NCBI GenBank assembly: GCA_964016885.1
Contig: OZ024742.1
Location: 235,910,001 to 235,974,000 of the forward strand
From: Eledone cirrhosa
Lineage: Eukaryota
Length of the DNA stretch: 64,000 nucleotides
Direction: 5' to 3'
Part shown: piece by piece, positions 27,389 through 37,965 of the stretch
Layout: every line of letters begins with the position of its first letter
Position numbering within the stretch: the first letter of the stretch is position 1
Position numbers and translations under genes: made by a program
The notes under the pieces: generated by a model
Told to the model about the DNA's origin: nothing
What the model saw: the letters and a program-made list of their open reading frames with translations, nothing else
Database searches by the model: none

Positions 27389-27572
27389 GGCGGTGGATTG
27401 GCAGTATCGGTAGAGGGTCGGACGCCATGCTTTCAAGCATAGTTACGTCCCTTTACGATCTGAGTTCAAATCCCGCCGAGGTTGACTTTGCCTTTCATCC
27501 TTACGGGGTCGATAAAATAAAGTACCAGTAATGCACTGGGTAATTGCTGGCCTTGTGCCTAAAGTAGAAACA
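27389..27572 (+). mobile_element. Young SINE with 16-bp TSD
   Basis: AGTATTTATAGTTTCA at 27373-27388 and 27573-27588. Confidence 0.9.
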
Positions 27573-27917
27573 AGTATTTATAGTTTCAATGTCAGTTGTA
27601 ACAGAGACTCTGACTGACTGTTATGTTTGGAACACATTTTTTTATTTGTTTTTTATCTTTCATTTATTGTATTATATTTCTAGATGTCGAGGTTTTCTAG
27701 GTCACCCGGTCCACTCTAAAATCTAAAGTCCACTTCTCAATCATGTCAAATTATCGGTAAATCAATAACATCAGCTCAATAATCCCAATTGACCCCACAA
27801 CATCACACTTTTGATAAAACATATGACGTGGCCAATTGTTGAAAATATAAAGATACTTTTGCGAAATAATATGATGTCATAGCTATTAGTAATATAATTT
27901 CAAGTTATTTACCAGTT

Positions 27918-27989
27918 GGTTCGTTGGTCTAGGGGTATGATTTTCGCTTAGGGTGCGAGAGGTCCCGGGTTCAAATCCCGGACGAGCCC
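27918..27989 (+). tRNA. trnP-AGG: tRNA-Pro(AGG), U3:G70 / U27:G43 variant
   Basis: 72-nt cloverleaf, intact A and B boxes, T5 terminator 4 nt downstream. Confidence 0.9.
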
Positions 27990-29004
27990 AAACTTTTTGG
28001 AATGTTTTTTATCATAAGGCTATTTTCTATCGCACCATGTTGATGTAGATGAAATATACATTTAAATGTAAATGTTTTTCAGGTATTATCTAATATTTTT
28101 TTTTATCTTTGGGAACTATTAGTATAACTGTCTGTGATGGTAATAAGGCTCAATTGAAAAAAATAAATGCAAGCTCTATATAATTTCCGAGTAACAAAAT
28201 GTATTTACGTCTGTTTACGTTTTCAAGGCCTGATTTATATGGAAAAAAATATGAATAAAATTCTACGGGCGTAGATTTACTTGTAGTATTTTACATATTG
28301 GGTTTAAAAGGAGACAATAGGGGGTGTGGGAAACGTCGAGATCATCCGGAAATTGAACGCAGGTCCTCCGACGCTCAAAACTAGGAATATATACCTAGAC
28401 AAACAAACCTCACTTCTTCGTCAATATAAACTATTGTATTTGTCTCTTGAGTTTAAGATGTTACGAGTTAAAATCCTAGACGAGCACTTTTGTATCCCTT
28501 ATACATGTACTTTTAAATTTACTTTTACGGAAACTTAACCGAAAATCATGCACCAAAACCAAGGAGACCACTGATTAAAAACTTCCAATTATATTACAAA
28601 TAGTAAACGTGTTATATTAATTAAAAATACAGAACCTATCTTATATTATTTGTGAGAACCAACAAAGAAAACTGTTTAATTTGTTGATTATTCTATCATA
28701 ACCATATTTTTTAACAAAGAAGGAAACGTTACAACTTTATAATTTCATGTTATACATTTATCATTATTGAAAAATTAAAACTATAACCTTAGACCAGCTG
28801 GATCATTTGTAGACGGTTGTTTTAGATAAAATCTTCTTGAAAGCGTATCTGAGGGCACTGTTCCCACGACCCTCTGGAGAATTAACATTTATCATTGATA
28901 ATCTTGAAGCTTAAAATCCTTCAAGAAGAAGGAGAAAAAGCAGAAGAAGGAGAAGGAAAAGAAACTTTTGTGTACTGATCAAAAACCTTAAAAAATGTTA
29001 AGAT

Positions 29005-29076
29005 GGGCTCGTCCGGGAATTGAACACGGGACCTCTCGCACCCAAAGCGAGAATCATACCCCTAGACCAACGAGCC
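29005..29076 (-). tRNA. trnP-TGG: tRNA-Pro(UGG) with a T-stem mismatch (possibly impaired)
   Basis: Full length; T arm reads CCGTG-TTCAATT-CCCGG. Confidence 0.7.
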
Positions 29077-29764
29077 GGGCACGCAACCGATAAAATACAT
29101 GGTAATTATAGTTTTAATGATAGTTGTAACTGAGTCTCTGACTGACTGTTATGTTGGAAATACAATTTTTTGTTTCTTTTTTAACTTTCATTTATTGTAT
29201 TGTTTCCAGATCTCGAGATTTTCTAGGCCACCCGGTCCACTCTTAAATTTAAAGTCCGCTTCTCAATCATATCAAATACCAATAAATCAATAACATCTAC
29301 TCTATAATCAAAATTGACATCACAAATGAGGAATAGGCTACGTTGTCGGTCCCGGCAAAATAGACAAACATGCTTTATAAGCTTATTTTACCTGTAAACC
29401 CTGATAGGCTGCATCTCTTGCCGGAGACCCGTGAGCTTATTTTACCACTAAATAGTAAATAGTGTTTTAAAACCCATGTAGTGACTAATATCTTTAACCC
29501 AGGAGATGACTTTCTGCTAAAATTTTTAATTTCTCAAATATTTGACTTACTGCTAACATTCATAATTTCGAAAATATTCCACTCTGCTAAAATTCTAAAA
29601 TCATAGAAAAGGGTACCACCACTCTATCTTTTTTTTTTCACATTTGGTAACACTCTGTGATGGAAAAAAAAGTCCAATTAAAAAAATAAATGCAAGCTCT
29701 ATATCATTTCTGAGTAACAAAAAGTATTTATATCTTTCAAGGCCTGATTTATATGGAAAATAAT

Positions 29765-29951
29765 TGTTTCTACTTTTGGTACAAGGCCAGCAATTATCCA
29801 GTACATTACTGGTACTTTATTTTATCGACCCCATAAGGATGAAAGGCAAAGTTAACCTCGGCGGGATTTGAACTCAGAATGGCAAGGGCCGTAACTCTAT
29901 GCGTCAAAGCATGGCGTCCAACCCTCTACCGATACTGCCAATTCACCGCCC
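29765..29951 (-). mobile_element. SINE with 15-bp TSD
   Basis: TATATGGAAAATAAT at 29750-29764 and 29952-29966; the empty site is seen in array units (~37367). Confidence 0.9.
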
Positions 29952-30229
29952 TATATGGAAAATAATAATAATAAAACACTATAGACGTCGATCAGCATTG
30001 GTCACTCTGCTTTACTTGTAGTATTTTACATATTGGGTTTAAAAGGAAACGATAGGGGGTGTGGGAAACGGCGAGATCAACTGAAAAGTGAACTTGGGAA
30101 CTCCGACATTCGAAGATAGAAATATAATCCCAAGACAAACAGACCCTCACTTCTTCGTCTATATAAACTATTGTATTTGTCTCTAGGCGATAAAAATGCA
30201 CTTCTCATACATAATTATTACTAGTTTCT

Positions 30230-30660
30230 AAAGTCGTATAAACATGCAAATGGAGTCCCACTGAAGCAGGTGGAGAAGTCAATTATCTCGAGGTGATATT
30301 CAAGAGAGATGGAAGTCAGAAGGCTGAATTAAATGCATGAATTACAGGAGCTTGTGCAATAATACGCCAGCATTCAGTTTTAAGAAGAACGGAGGTAGGC
30401 GTAAAAGCCAAACTGTTATCTTCAATTCGGTATTCGTGGCAACCCTTACCTATGGTTAAGAATCATGGGTAATGACAGAAAGAATACGATCGCAATTACA
30501 AGCAGCCGAAATGGGGTTCCTCCGAAAGGTCTTTGGAGTAACGTTACTCGATATTGTGCGTAGCTCGGAGATCAGAGACTCACTCCAGATAGAGATGCGA
30601 GTTCTCCGAATTGAGAGAACGCAACTCCGATATTACCGATATGTAGTTAGGTTGTTTCAT
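30230..30660 (+). mobile_element. RTE LINE 3' fragment, paralogous to the in-array copy
   Basis: MTERIRSQLQAAEMGFLRKVFGVTLLDIVRSSEIRDSL, typical of the RTE ORF2 C-terminal region. Confidence 0.8.
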
Positions 30661-30712
30661 ATAAGTTTTTACAGACAGCAGAAAATAGCGTTAGAATCAT
30701 AAAATTTAATTA

Positions 30713-30784
30713 AGGTTCACCCGGGATTGAACCCGGGTCTCCCTGAAGCCTAAGCGAAAATCATACACATAGACCAAGGAGACC
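30713..30784 (-). pseudogene. tRNA-Pro(AGG)-derived pseudogene
   Basis: CCGGGATTGAACCCGGG...CCTAAGCGAAAATCATAC...AGACCAAG. Confidence 0.7.
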
Positions 30785-30815
30785 ACCAATTAAAAACTTC
30801 CGATTACATTATAAA

Positions 30816-31941
30816 CTAGCAGCAGGACCCGGCGTTGCCCGGGGTAAGAAAAGTGAAATAGCAACACGCATATGCAAATATTGAGGAATGTAGCTGTGTA
30901 CTTTTTGAATTCTCAAGGAACGATTGTTCATCTACTGGAAACGTAGAACAACAGCAGGCCCGAATCGTGAAACATCTGCATGCATGTGCAAAATCTGAAG
31001 AAAATCAGCTGGATACTCTTTAAGCGTACTAAATCTTAGAGTATGATTTTTCTTCCATTTGGAGAAAATCGGTTAGGTACTTTTCGAGTTTTATAGATTC
31101 GCACCCAGTTATCCGGAGAGACATCATCTGAAGGAGCGATGTAGTCAATTGTGTGAAAACTAAGTAGGGATGTACGTTTAAGTAGGGATATTGAGATGAC
31201 GAAATCAGCGTGTCATAGTGCAATTAGCACAAACGCTGGGCGGCACTGGTTGCACTGCGTTTACACAGCAACAAAGGTTCGGCGTACTTGCGCAGGGCGT
31301 TCATACTGCGATGTAGGTGCAACAAAAGGGGTCTTAGTAGAAGTAGCACAGATGTGAGTTTTTGGTGTCAATAGCACGGCAACCTACACAGGGCCCGGAT
31401 TTGCGCGTGATGAAAGCACGAAGCGTCAACAGGGCACCGACAAAAAATTTAAGGTCCTCCTCATTTCCTCAATCCCCCGAAAATGGTCCTGCTTAAAAGT
31501 AAGTAAGTGTTGTGTCCTCTGTTAAATAAACCAAATTTTTAACGAAATATTATATGCTACTTACGATGTTTAAGTAGCGTTTATATTGAAGATGAAAATG
31601 GCATGTAATGCCCAATGCTAATTCGTAAATTTCCTAATGGAATCTGAATTTTTTTGTCCACAGCAATGCGAGGGGACTAACTAATGTGTGCTGCAAATTT
31701 CGAGAAAATCGGCTGGATTATCTTTAAGTAACGCCTCAAAAAAGCCTAAAAATGTCTAAAAAATGCGGTTTTTCGCCTAATGCAGGCTCCAGGGCAGAAA
31801 AAGTTAAAATTTTTAGTCCATTGCACTTCAAGAAATATAAGTAACGCATGTGTAAAGTTTGAAAAAAATTGGTCGGGTACTTCTCGAGTTTTAAAGATTT
31901 ACACAGACAGACATACATCCTCTGTTTTATATATATAGAGA
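30816..31941 (-). mobile_element. Non-autonomous Helitron
   Basis: On the minus strand starts 5'-TC and ends CCCGG-GCAACG-CCGGG hairpin ... CTAG-3'; inserted between A and T with no TSD; empty site TATAAA|TAGTAAA at ~39425. Confidence 0.88.
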
Positions 31942-32334
31942 TAGTAAAAGTGTTATATTAATACATTAGATACATAACGTATCTAATATTGTTTGTGAGA
32001 AACAACAAAGAAAACTGTCTACTTTGTTGATTATTCTATCATAACCATATTTTTTAACAAACAAGGCAACGTTACAACTTTATAATTTCATGCTATACAT
32101 CTATCCTTATTGAAAAGTTAAAACCACAACCTTAGACTAGCCGGATCATTTGTAGACGGTTGCTTTTGATAACACCTTTTGGAAAGCGTGTCTGAGGGCA
32201 CGGTCTCCACGACCCTCTCAAGAATTGTTAACGTTTATCATTGAAAAGGTTGCAGCTTAAAATCCTTCAAACAGAAGTAGAAGAAAAATAAATATTTGTG
32301 TACTGAACAAGACTCAAAAAATAAAAGAGAGGTT

Positions 32335-32406
32335 GGGCTCGTCCGGGATTTGAAACCGGGACCTCTCGCACCCAAAGCGAGAATCATACCCCTAGACCAA
32401 CGAGTC
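32335..32406 (-). pseudogene. tRNA-Pro(UGG), full length with G2>A and G53>T
   Basis: One acceptor-stem mismatch and one B-box/T-stem mismatch. Confidence 0.75.
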
Positions 32407-32580
32407 ATGCACAGCAGTTCGATTAAATACTAGTAATTATAGTTTTAATGTTAGTCGTAACTGAGTCTCTATGTTGGAAACACTTTTTTTGTTTCTTTTT
32501 TAACTTTTATTTATTGTATTGATTCTAGCTGTTGAGGTTTTTTGGGTCATCTGGTCACCTCTTATATCTAAAGTCCACTT

Positions 32581-32616
32581 CCCAAAGCGAGAATTATACC
32601 CCTAGACCAACGAGCC
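32581..32616 (-). pseudogene. tRNA-Pro(UGG) 5' half only
   Basis: CCCAAAGCGAGAATTATACCCCTAGACCAACGAGCC; 3' half missing, upstream flank retained. Confidence 0.8.
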
Positions 32617-32965
32617 AGCCACGACCATCTGATTAAATACGTACTAGTAATTCTAACTTTAATGTTAGTTGTAACTGAGACTCTGACTGACTGTTATTTT
32701 GGAAAGACATTTGTTTGTTCTTTTTTAATTTTTATTTATTGCATTGATTCTAGATGTCGAGGTGTTTTGGGGTCATCCGGTTACCTGTTATATCTCTAGT
32801 CAATTCGTGCCAAGCCTTACCTATGGTCAAGAATCTTGACTAATCACCTAAATAATACGATCACGAATACAAGCGGCCGAAAGCGAAAATCATTCCCCTA
32901 GATTAAAGAGTCAAACAAGACAATACCATTACACATATATTAGTAATTATAGATTTAGTGTTAGT

Positions 32966-34099
32966 ATGTGTTTGAGTTCGAACGTGCTCGCGTGTGTAAG
33001 AGAGTCCTTCAAATGACATCTCTTGACCTTAAACAAATCTACAATCAATTGTAAAAATCTATATTATCGTGTAATATGTGGATACTTATTAATATTGGTG
33101 AGTATATATAAAAAATAACGGAAAATGAATGGCAAGGCAAGAGCTCTATGTCGATAGTGTAAATATACACAGACATTCACACCAGGTCCGAACACAGAGG
33201 AGCCGAACTCTTACTGTCATTGCCTCCATCTCTTCCACCTTCCCCAGCTCTCATCCCACTATTATGAGCAAATGGGGTCCTACGTGCTGGCCGCTCCATG
33301 GCCCCGTCGGACTGAATAGAGAAACCATTTCCCCGGAGGATTGTTGGTGAGATGTGCTGGAAGAGCCATTCCAGCTCGCGAGGCTCACAGCTGCGGCTAA
33401 CCAGCTCAGCGCCTATGGTGGTGAGTTGGGGGGGGGGCATAGGGCCAGGGACACCAGAAGTCTCCACTGCTACGGGCTCGACTGCTAACCTGTCGGTGTG
33501 CGCCCGATACTTGGAGAGTTTGCCCTCCTTAGCCCGAAGTGCAGCAGAGACTGGTTTAGTCGCAGCCTGTACCAGGTTTCCGCTGGAGAGTTTGTCGCTG
33601 CATGTAGCATCCAAGACGAGGGATTTACTATCGCGGAACGGGAAGATAGTCATGCCGTCTGGCCTTTTGCCGTTCGCTCGGTCCAGTCGCACCGGCTCGA
33701 GCTGGAAATCGGAACCTCCAGCATCCAAGACATGCTTTATGACCACGTTGAGAGCAGCATGGCGTGGAAGGCGGCCGGCACTGTAGCGACAGGAAATTGG
33801 ATGGAAGCCAAAAGAGTCTACGGTCGATCCGCAGCGACATTTGTGTGGCTCGCAGATCTGGAGGCCAAACCTCAGGGAAACCCTGATGCGCAGGCAATTA
33901 TTATCCAGCTGCGTACCATTAGAAAATGAGGGTAAGGCATTTAGACAGGCACCGCCGTGGAGTTGCGAGGAGGAGCGAAAACATGCGAGGTGGTGGTGGT
34001 CGAACTGGCACGCTAGTCTGTCCGAAGCCATGTTGCACTGAAAGGCATTCCATATGTTCTGGAAGGGGGTGGGGCGTGACGGCAATTGGGGGAAAAAGA
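32966..34099 (-). mobile_element. 5'-truncated non-LTR retrotransposon with restriction-like endonuclease (CRE-type)
   Basis: GC-rich insert splitting the conserved flank GTTAGT|TGTAACTGAG; contains ORF 33177-34085. Confidence 0.8.
33177..34085 (-). CDS. Retroelement C-terminus: Zn-knuckle plus PD-(D/E)xK restriction-like endonuclease (partial ORF)
   Basis: CRCG..VD..GFHPISC, RH, KRPDG, LDATCSD, K..KY and PVAVETSG motifs; no RT domain present. Confidence 0.75.
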   Translation of the reverse strand: MPSRPTPFQNIWNAFQCNMASDRLACQFDHHHLACFRSSSQLHGGACLNALPSFSNGTQLDNNCLRIRVSLRFGLQICEPHKCRCGSTVDSFGFHPISCRYSAGRLPRHAALNVVIKHVLDAGGSDFQLEPVRLDRANGKRPDGMTIFPFRDSKSLVLDATCSDKLSSGNLVQAATKPVSAALRAKEGKLSKYRAHTDRLAVEPVAVETSGVPGPMPPPQLTTIGAELVSRSCEPRELEWLFQHISPTILRGNGFSIQSDGAMERPARRTPFAHNSGMRAGEGGRDGGNDSKSSAPLCSDLV

Positions 34100-34326
34100 A
34101 GTTGTAACTGAGACTACCACTGATTGTTATGTTGGAAACACCTTTTTTCTTTGTTTTATATCTTTTATTTATCGTATTACGTTTCTAGATGTCGAGATTT
34201 TCAAAGTCACCCAGTCCACTCATAAATAAAGACAACTTCTCAATCATGTCAAACTAGCAATAAATCAATAACATAAAAATAAATGTTATACATTTATTAT
34301 TATTGAATGTTATACATTTATTATTG

Positions 34327-34335
34327 AAGAAGAAG

Positions 34336-34366
<31 letters not shown>

Positions 34367-34608
34367 GGAGGAGGAGGAGGAGGAGGAGGAGGAGGAGGAG
34401 GAGGAGGAGAAGGAGGAGAAGAAGAAGAAGAAGAAGTATGAGGAGGAGGAGGAGAAGGAGAAGGAGGAGGAGGAAGATGATGATGATGATGAGGAGGTGG
34501 AGGAGGAGGAGGAGGAGGAGAAGGAGAAGGAGGAGGAGGAGGAGGAGGAGGAGGAGAAGAAGAAGAAGAAGAAGAAGAAGAAGAAGAAGAAGAAGAAGAA
34601 GAAAAAAC
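34327..34608. repeat. Polypurine (GAA)n/(GGA)n tract
   Basis: Directly visible; lies at the left border of the 5-kb array. Confidence 0.95.
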
Positions 34609-34773
34609 TTAGAGCAGCCGGTTGCTCCATATACAACCTTCTTGAAAGTGTGTTTGAGAGCAGTCACCACGGCCGCCCTGTCAAGAATTGTTAATATTCA
34701 AGAGCAAGAAGAAGAAAAAGCTTTCGTATATTGAAGAAAACCCCTTTTGAAAGCAAGAAAAAAATTACAGGAT

Positions 34774-34831
34774 GGGCTCGCCCGGGATCTCTCGCACCCA
34801 AAGCGAGAATCATACCCTAGACCAACGAGCC
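34774..34831 (-). pseudogene. tRNA-Pro(UGG) slot A, T-arm deleted
   Basis: 13-nt deletion between two CCCGGGA repeats plus a 1-nt D-loop deletion, relative to 39795-39866. Confidence 0.85.
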
Positions 34832-35211
34832 AATCATTATTACCTGCTTAAATATATCCTAGTAATTATAGTTTGAATGTTACATGTAAAAGAGACTCTG
34901 ACTGACTGTTATGTTGGGAACATTTTTTGTTTGTTTGCTTTTTAATTTTAATTTATTTTATTATGTTTCTACATGTCTAGGATTTTTAGGACACCCGGTC
35001 TATTCTTCAAACTTAATTCCACTTCTCAATCATGTCCAAATATCAATAAATCAATAACATCAACCCAATAATCACAATTGACGACATAACATTATTATTA
35101 CACTTTTTTTATAAAGCATATGACGTGGCCAATTGCAGAAAGTGTCATATATTTGCAAAGTAATATAAACTTACTGCTTTTAGTATATTAATTTGAACGT
35201 ATTTACCAGTT

Positions 35212-35283
35212 GGTTCGTTGGTCTAGGGGTATGATTTTCGCTTAGGGTGCGAGAGGTCCCGGGTTCAAATCCCGGACGAGCCC
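35212..35283 (+). tRNA. trnP-AGG: tRNA-Pro(AGG) slot B
   Basis: Identical to 27918-27989; T5 terminator. Confidence 0.9.
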
Positions 35284-35727
35284 AAGCTTTTTGGAATTTT
35301 TTTTATCATAAAGCTATTCTGTCACACTGTGTTGACTTGGATGTAATGTATATGTTTTTCAGGTATCATCTAATCTTTTTTTTACTTTTTAGAACTATTA
35401 GTATAACAGTCTGTGATGAAAAAAAAAGCTCAATTTAAAACAACTAAATGCAAGCTCTATATAATTTCTGAGTAACAAAGAGTATTTACATTTGTTTACG
35501 TTTCCGTGGTCTGGTTTATATGCAGAAAAATAGTAAAACTCTACAGACGTCGATCAGTATTGGTCACTCAGATTTACTTGTAGTATTTAACATATTGGAT
35601 TTAAAAGAAAACAATAGGGGTTGTGGCAAACGTCGAGATCATCCGGAAAGAAGAACAAGAAAAGGAACTTTTGTGTACTGAACAAAAACTGTTTTATTCT
35701 TTTTGAAAAAAAATAAGAGGTTATAAT

Positions 35728-35799
35728 GAGCTGGTCAAGGATTTGAAGACGTGACCTCTCGCACCCAAAGCGAGAATCATACCCCTGGACCAAAGAGCC
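35728..35799 (-). pseudogene. tRNA-Pro(UGG) slot C, 3' half decayed
   Basis: Anticodon arm intact; T and acceptor stems disrupted. Confidence 0.8.
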
Positions 35800-36133
35800 A
35801 GCCACGTTCTAAATAAATACGTACTAGTAATTATAGCGTTAATACTAGTTGTAACTGAGACTCTGACTGACTGTTAATTTGGAGAGGCATTTTTTGTTTC
35901 TTTTATAACTTTCATTTATTTTATCATGTTTTGAGTTGTCGAGGTTTTTTAGGTCTTTTGGTCACTTCTTAAATCAATAGTCCACTTCTCAATCATATCA
36001 AAATATCAATAAATCAATAACATAGCCTCATCCAGTATATGAAGTGGCCAATTGTTGAAAGTGTAATGGTAGCTGTGCGAATTAACATAATATGGTTGCG
36101 ATTTGTAATATAATGTGTATTTATTAACCAGTT

Positions 36134-36206
36134 GGCTCGTTGGTCTAGGGGTATGACTTTTAGCTCAGGCTGCAAGAGGTCCCGGATTCATATTCTGGAC
36201 GAGCCC
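36134..36206 (+). pseudogene. tRNA-Pro(AGG)-like slot D, 73 nt
   Basis: Acceptor stem perfect; altered anticodon arm and B box. Confidence 0.7.
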
Positions 36207-36636
36207 AATCGTTTAGAAACATTTTTTTTTTTATTATAAACCTATTTTCTGTCGCACTTTGTATACTTAGATGTAATGTATATTTAAATGTATATGCGCA
36301 AAACAATAAAGAAAACTGTCTAATTAGTTGATTATTCTATCATAACCATATTTTTTAACAAACAAGGAAAAGTTACAACTTTATAATTTCATGTTATACA
36401 TTTATTATTATTGAAAAGTTAAAACGATAACCTTAGACCAGCCGGTTCATTTGTAGAAGGTTGCTTTAGATAAAACCTTCTAAAGCGTGTTTGAAGGCAC
36501 AGTCCCCACGGTTCTCTCAAGAATTGTAAACATTTATCATTGATAATCTTGCAGCTTAAGATGCTTCAAGAAGAAGAAGAAAAAGAAGAAGAAGGAGAAG
36601 AAAAAGAATAAAAAAAAACTTTTATTATGGTAAGTT

Positions 36637-36708
36637 GGGCTCGTCCGGGATTTGAACCCGGGACCTCTCGCACCCAAAGCGAGAATCATACCCCTAGACC
36701 AACGAGCC
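36637..36708 (-). tRNA. trnP-TGG: tRNA-Pro(UGG) slot E, canonical sequence
   Basis: GGCTCGTTGGTCTAGGGGTATGATTCTCGCTTTGGGTGCGAGAGGTCCCGGGTTCAAATCCCGGACGAGCCC. Confidence 0.95.
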
Positions 36709-37487
36709 ACGTGCAACAACCTGATTTAATATATACTAATAATTATACCTGAGTCTCTGACTGACTGTTATGTTGGAAAGACAATTTTTTGTTTCTTTTT
36801 TAACCTTAATTTATTGTATTATGTTTCCTGATGTCGAGATTTTCTACGTCACCCGGTCCACCCTTTAATCTATAGTCCGCTTCTCAATCATATCAAAATA
36901 CCAATAAATCAATAACATCTACTCTATAATCAAAGTTGGCTCTACAACATCACACTTTTATAGAACATATGACGAATAGGCTACGTTGCCGGCCACGGCA
37001 AAATAGATAAACATGCTTTATAAGCATAATACACATGTAAACTCTTATTTTGCCATTAAATAATAAATAGTGTTTTAGAACCCAGGTATTGACTAATATC
37101 TTTAACCCAGGAGATGACTTTCTGCTAAAATTTTTAATTTCGCAAATATTTGACTTACTGCTAACATTCGTAATTTCGAAAATATTCCACTCTGCTAAAA
37201 TTCTAAAATCATAGAAAAGGGTAACACCACTCTATCTTTTTTTTTTCACATTTGGTAACACTCTGTGATGGAAAAAGAAGCCCAATTAAAAAAATAAATG
37301 CAAGCACTATATAATTTCTGAGTAACAAAAACTATTTACATCTTTTTACATTTTCAAGGCCTGATTTATATGGAAAATAATAATAATAAAACACTATAGA
37401 CGTCGATCAGCATTGGTCACTCTGCTTTACTTGTAGTATTTTACATACTGGGTTTTAAAAGAAACCATAGGGGTTGTGGGAAACGTC

Positions 37488-37559
37488 GAGATCAAATGGA
37501 AAGTGAACTCGGGAACTCCGACATTCGAAGATAGAAATATAATCCCAAGACAAACAATC
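37488..37559 (-). pseudogene. Ancient tRNA-Pro relic slot I (recurs in each unit and at ~30073)
   Basis: GAGATC..GGAAAGTGAACTCGGGAACTCCGACATTCGAAGATAGAA aligns colinearly with the reverse complement of tRNA-Pro. Confidence 0.55.
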
Positions 37560-37814
37560 ACTCACTTCTTCGTCTATGTAAACTATTGTATTTAAGTTAA
37601 AACCACAACCTTAGACTAGCCGGATCATTTGTAGACGGTTGCTTTTTATAACACCTTTTGGAAAGCGTGTCTGAGGGCACGGTCTCCACGACCCTCTCAA
37701 GAATTGTTAACGTTTATCACTGAAAAGGTTGCAGCTTAAAATCCTTCAAACAGAAGTAGAAGAAAAATAAATATTTGTGTACTGAACAAGAACTCAAAAA
37801 ATAAAAGAGAGGTT

Positions 37815-37880
37815 GGGCTCGTCCGGGATTTGAACCCGGGACCTCTCGCACCCAAAGCGAGAATCATAGACCAACGAGCC
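37815..37880 (-). pseudogene. tRNA-Pro(UGG) slot F, 6-nt D-loop deletion
   Basis: 66 nt; GGTCTATGATT instead of GGTCTAGGGGTATGATT, otherwise canonical. Confidence 0.85.
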
Positions 37881-37965
37881 ACGCACAGCAGTGGTCACTC
37901 AGATTTACATGTAGTATTTTACATATTGGCTTTAAAAGGAAACAATAGGGGGTGTGAGAAAAGGT

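Noticed and set aside
34254-34734. Poly-Glu/Lys/Arg/Leu ORFs
   Set aside because: Translations of the GAA/GGA tract
36134-36206. Slot D as a UCA (opal suppressor/Sec) or CAG (Leu) anticodon tRNA
   Set aside because: Centring TCA or CAG in a 7-nt loop gives no anticodon stem; the register inherited from tRNA-Pro centres AGG
37115-37215. ~35-bp internal triplication (CTGCTAA..TT..AATTTCG.AAATATT)
   Set aside because: A short degenerate tandem repeat with no further evidence of function
37600-37880. tRNA plus LINE tail as a nascent SINE
   Set aside because: The tRNA and RTE tail are in opposite orientation with a T-run terminator between them, and no TSDs flank the modules
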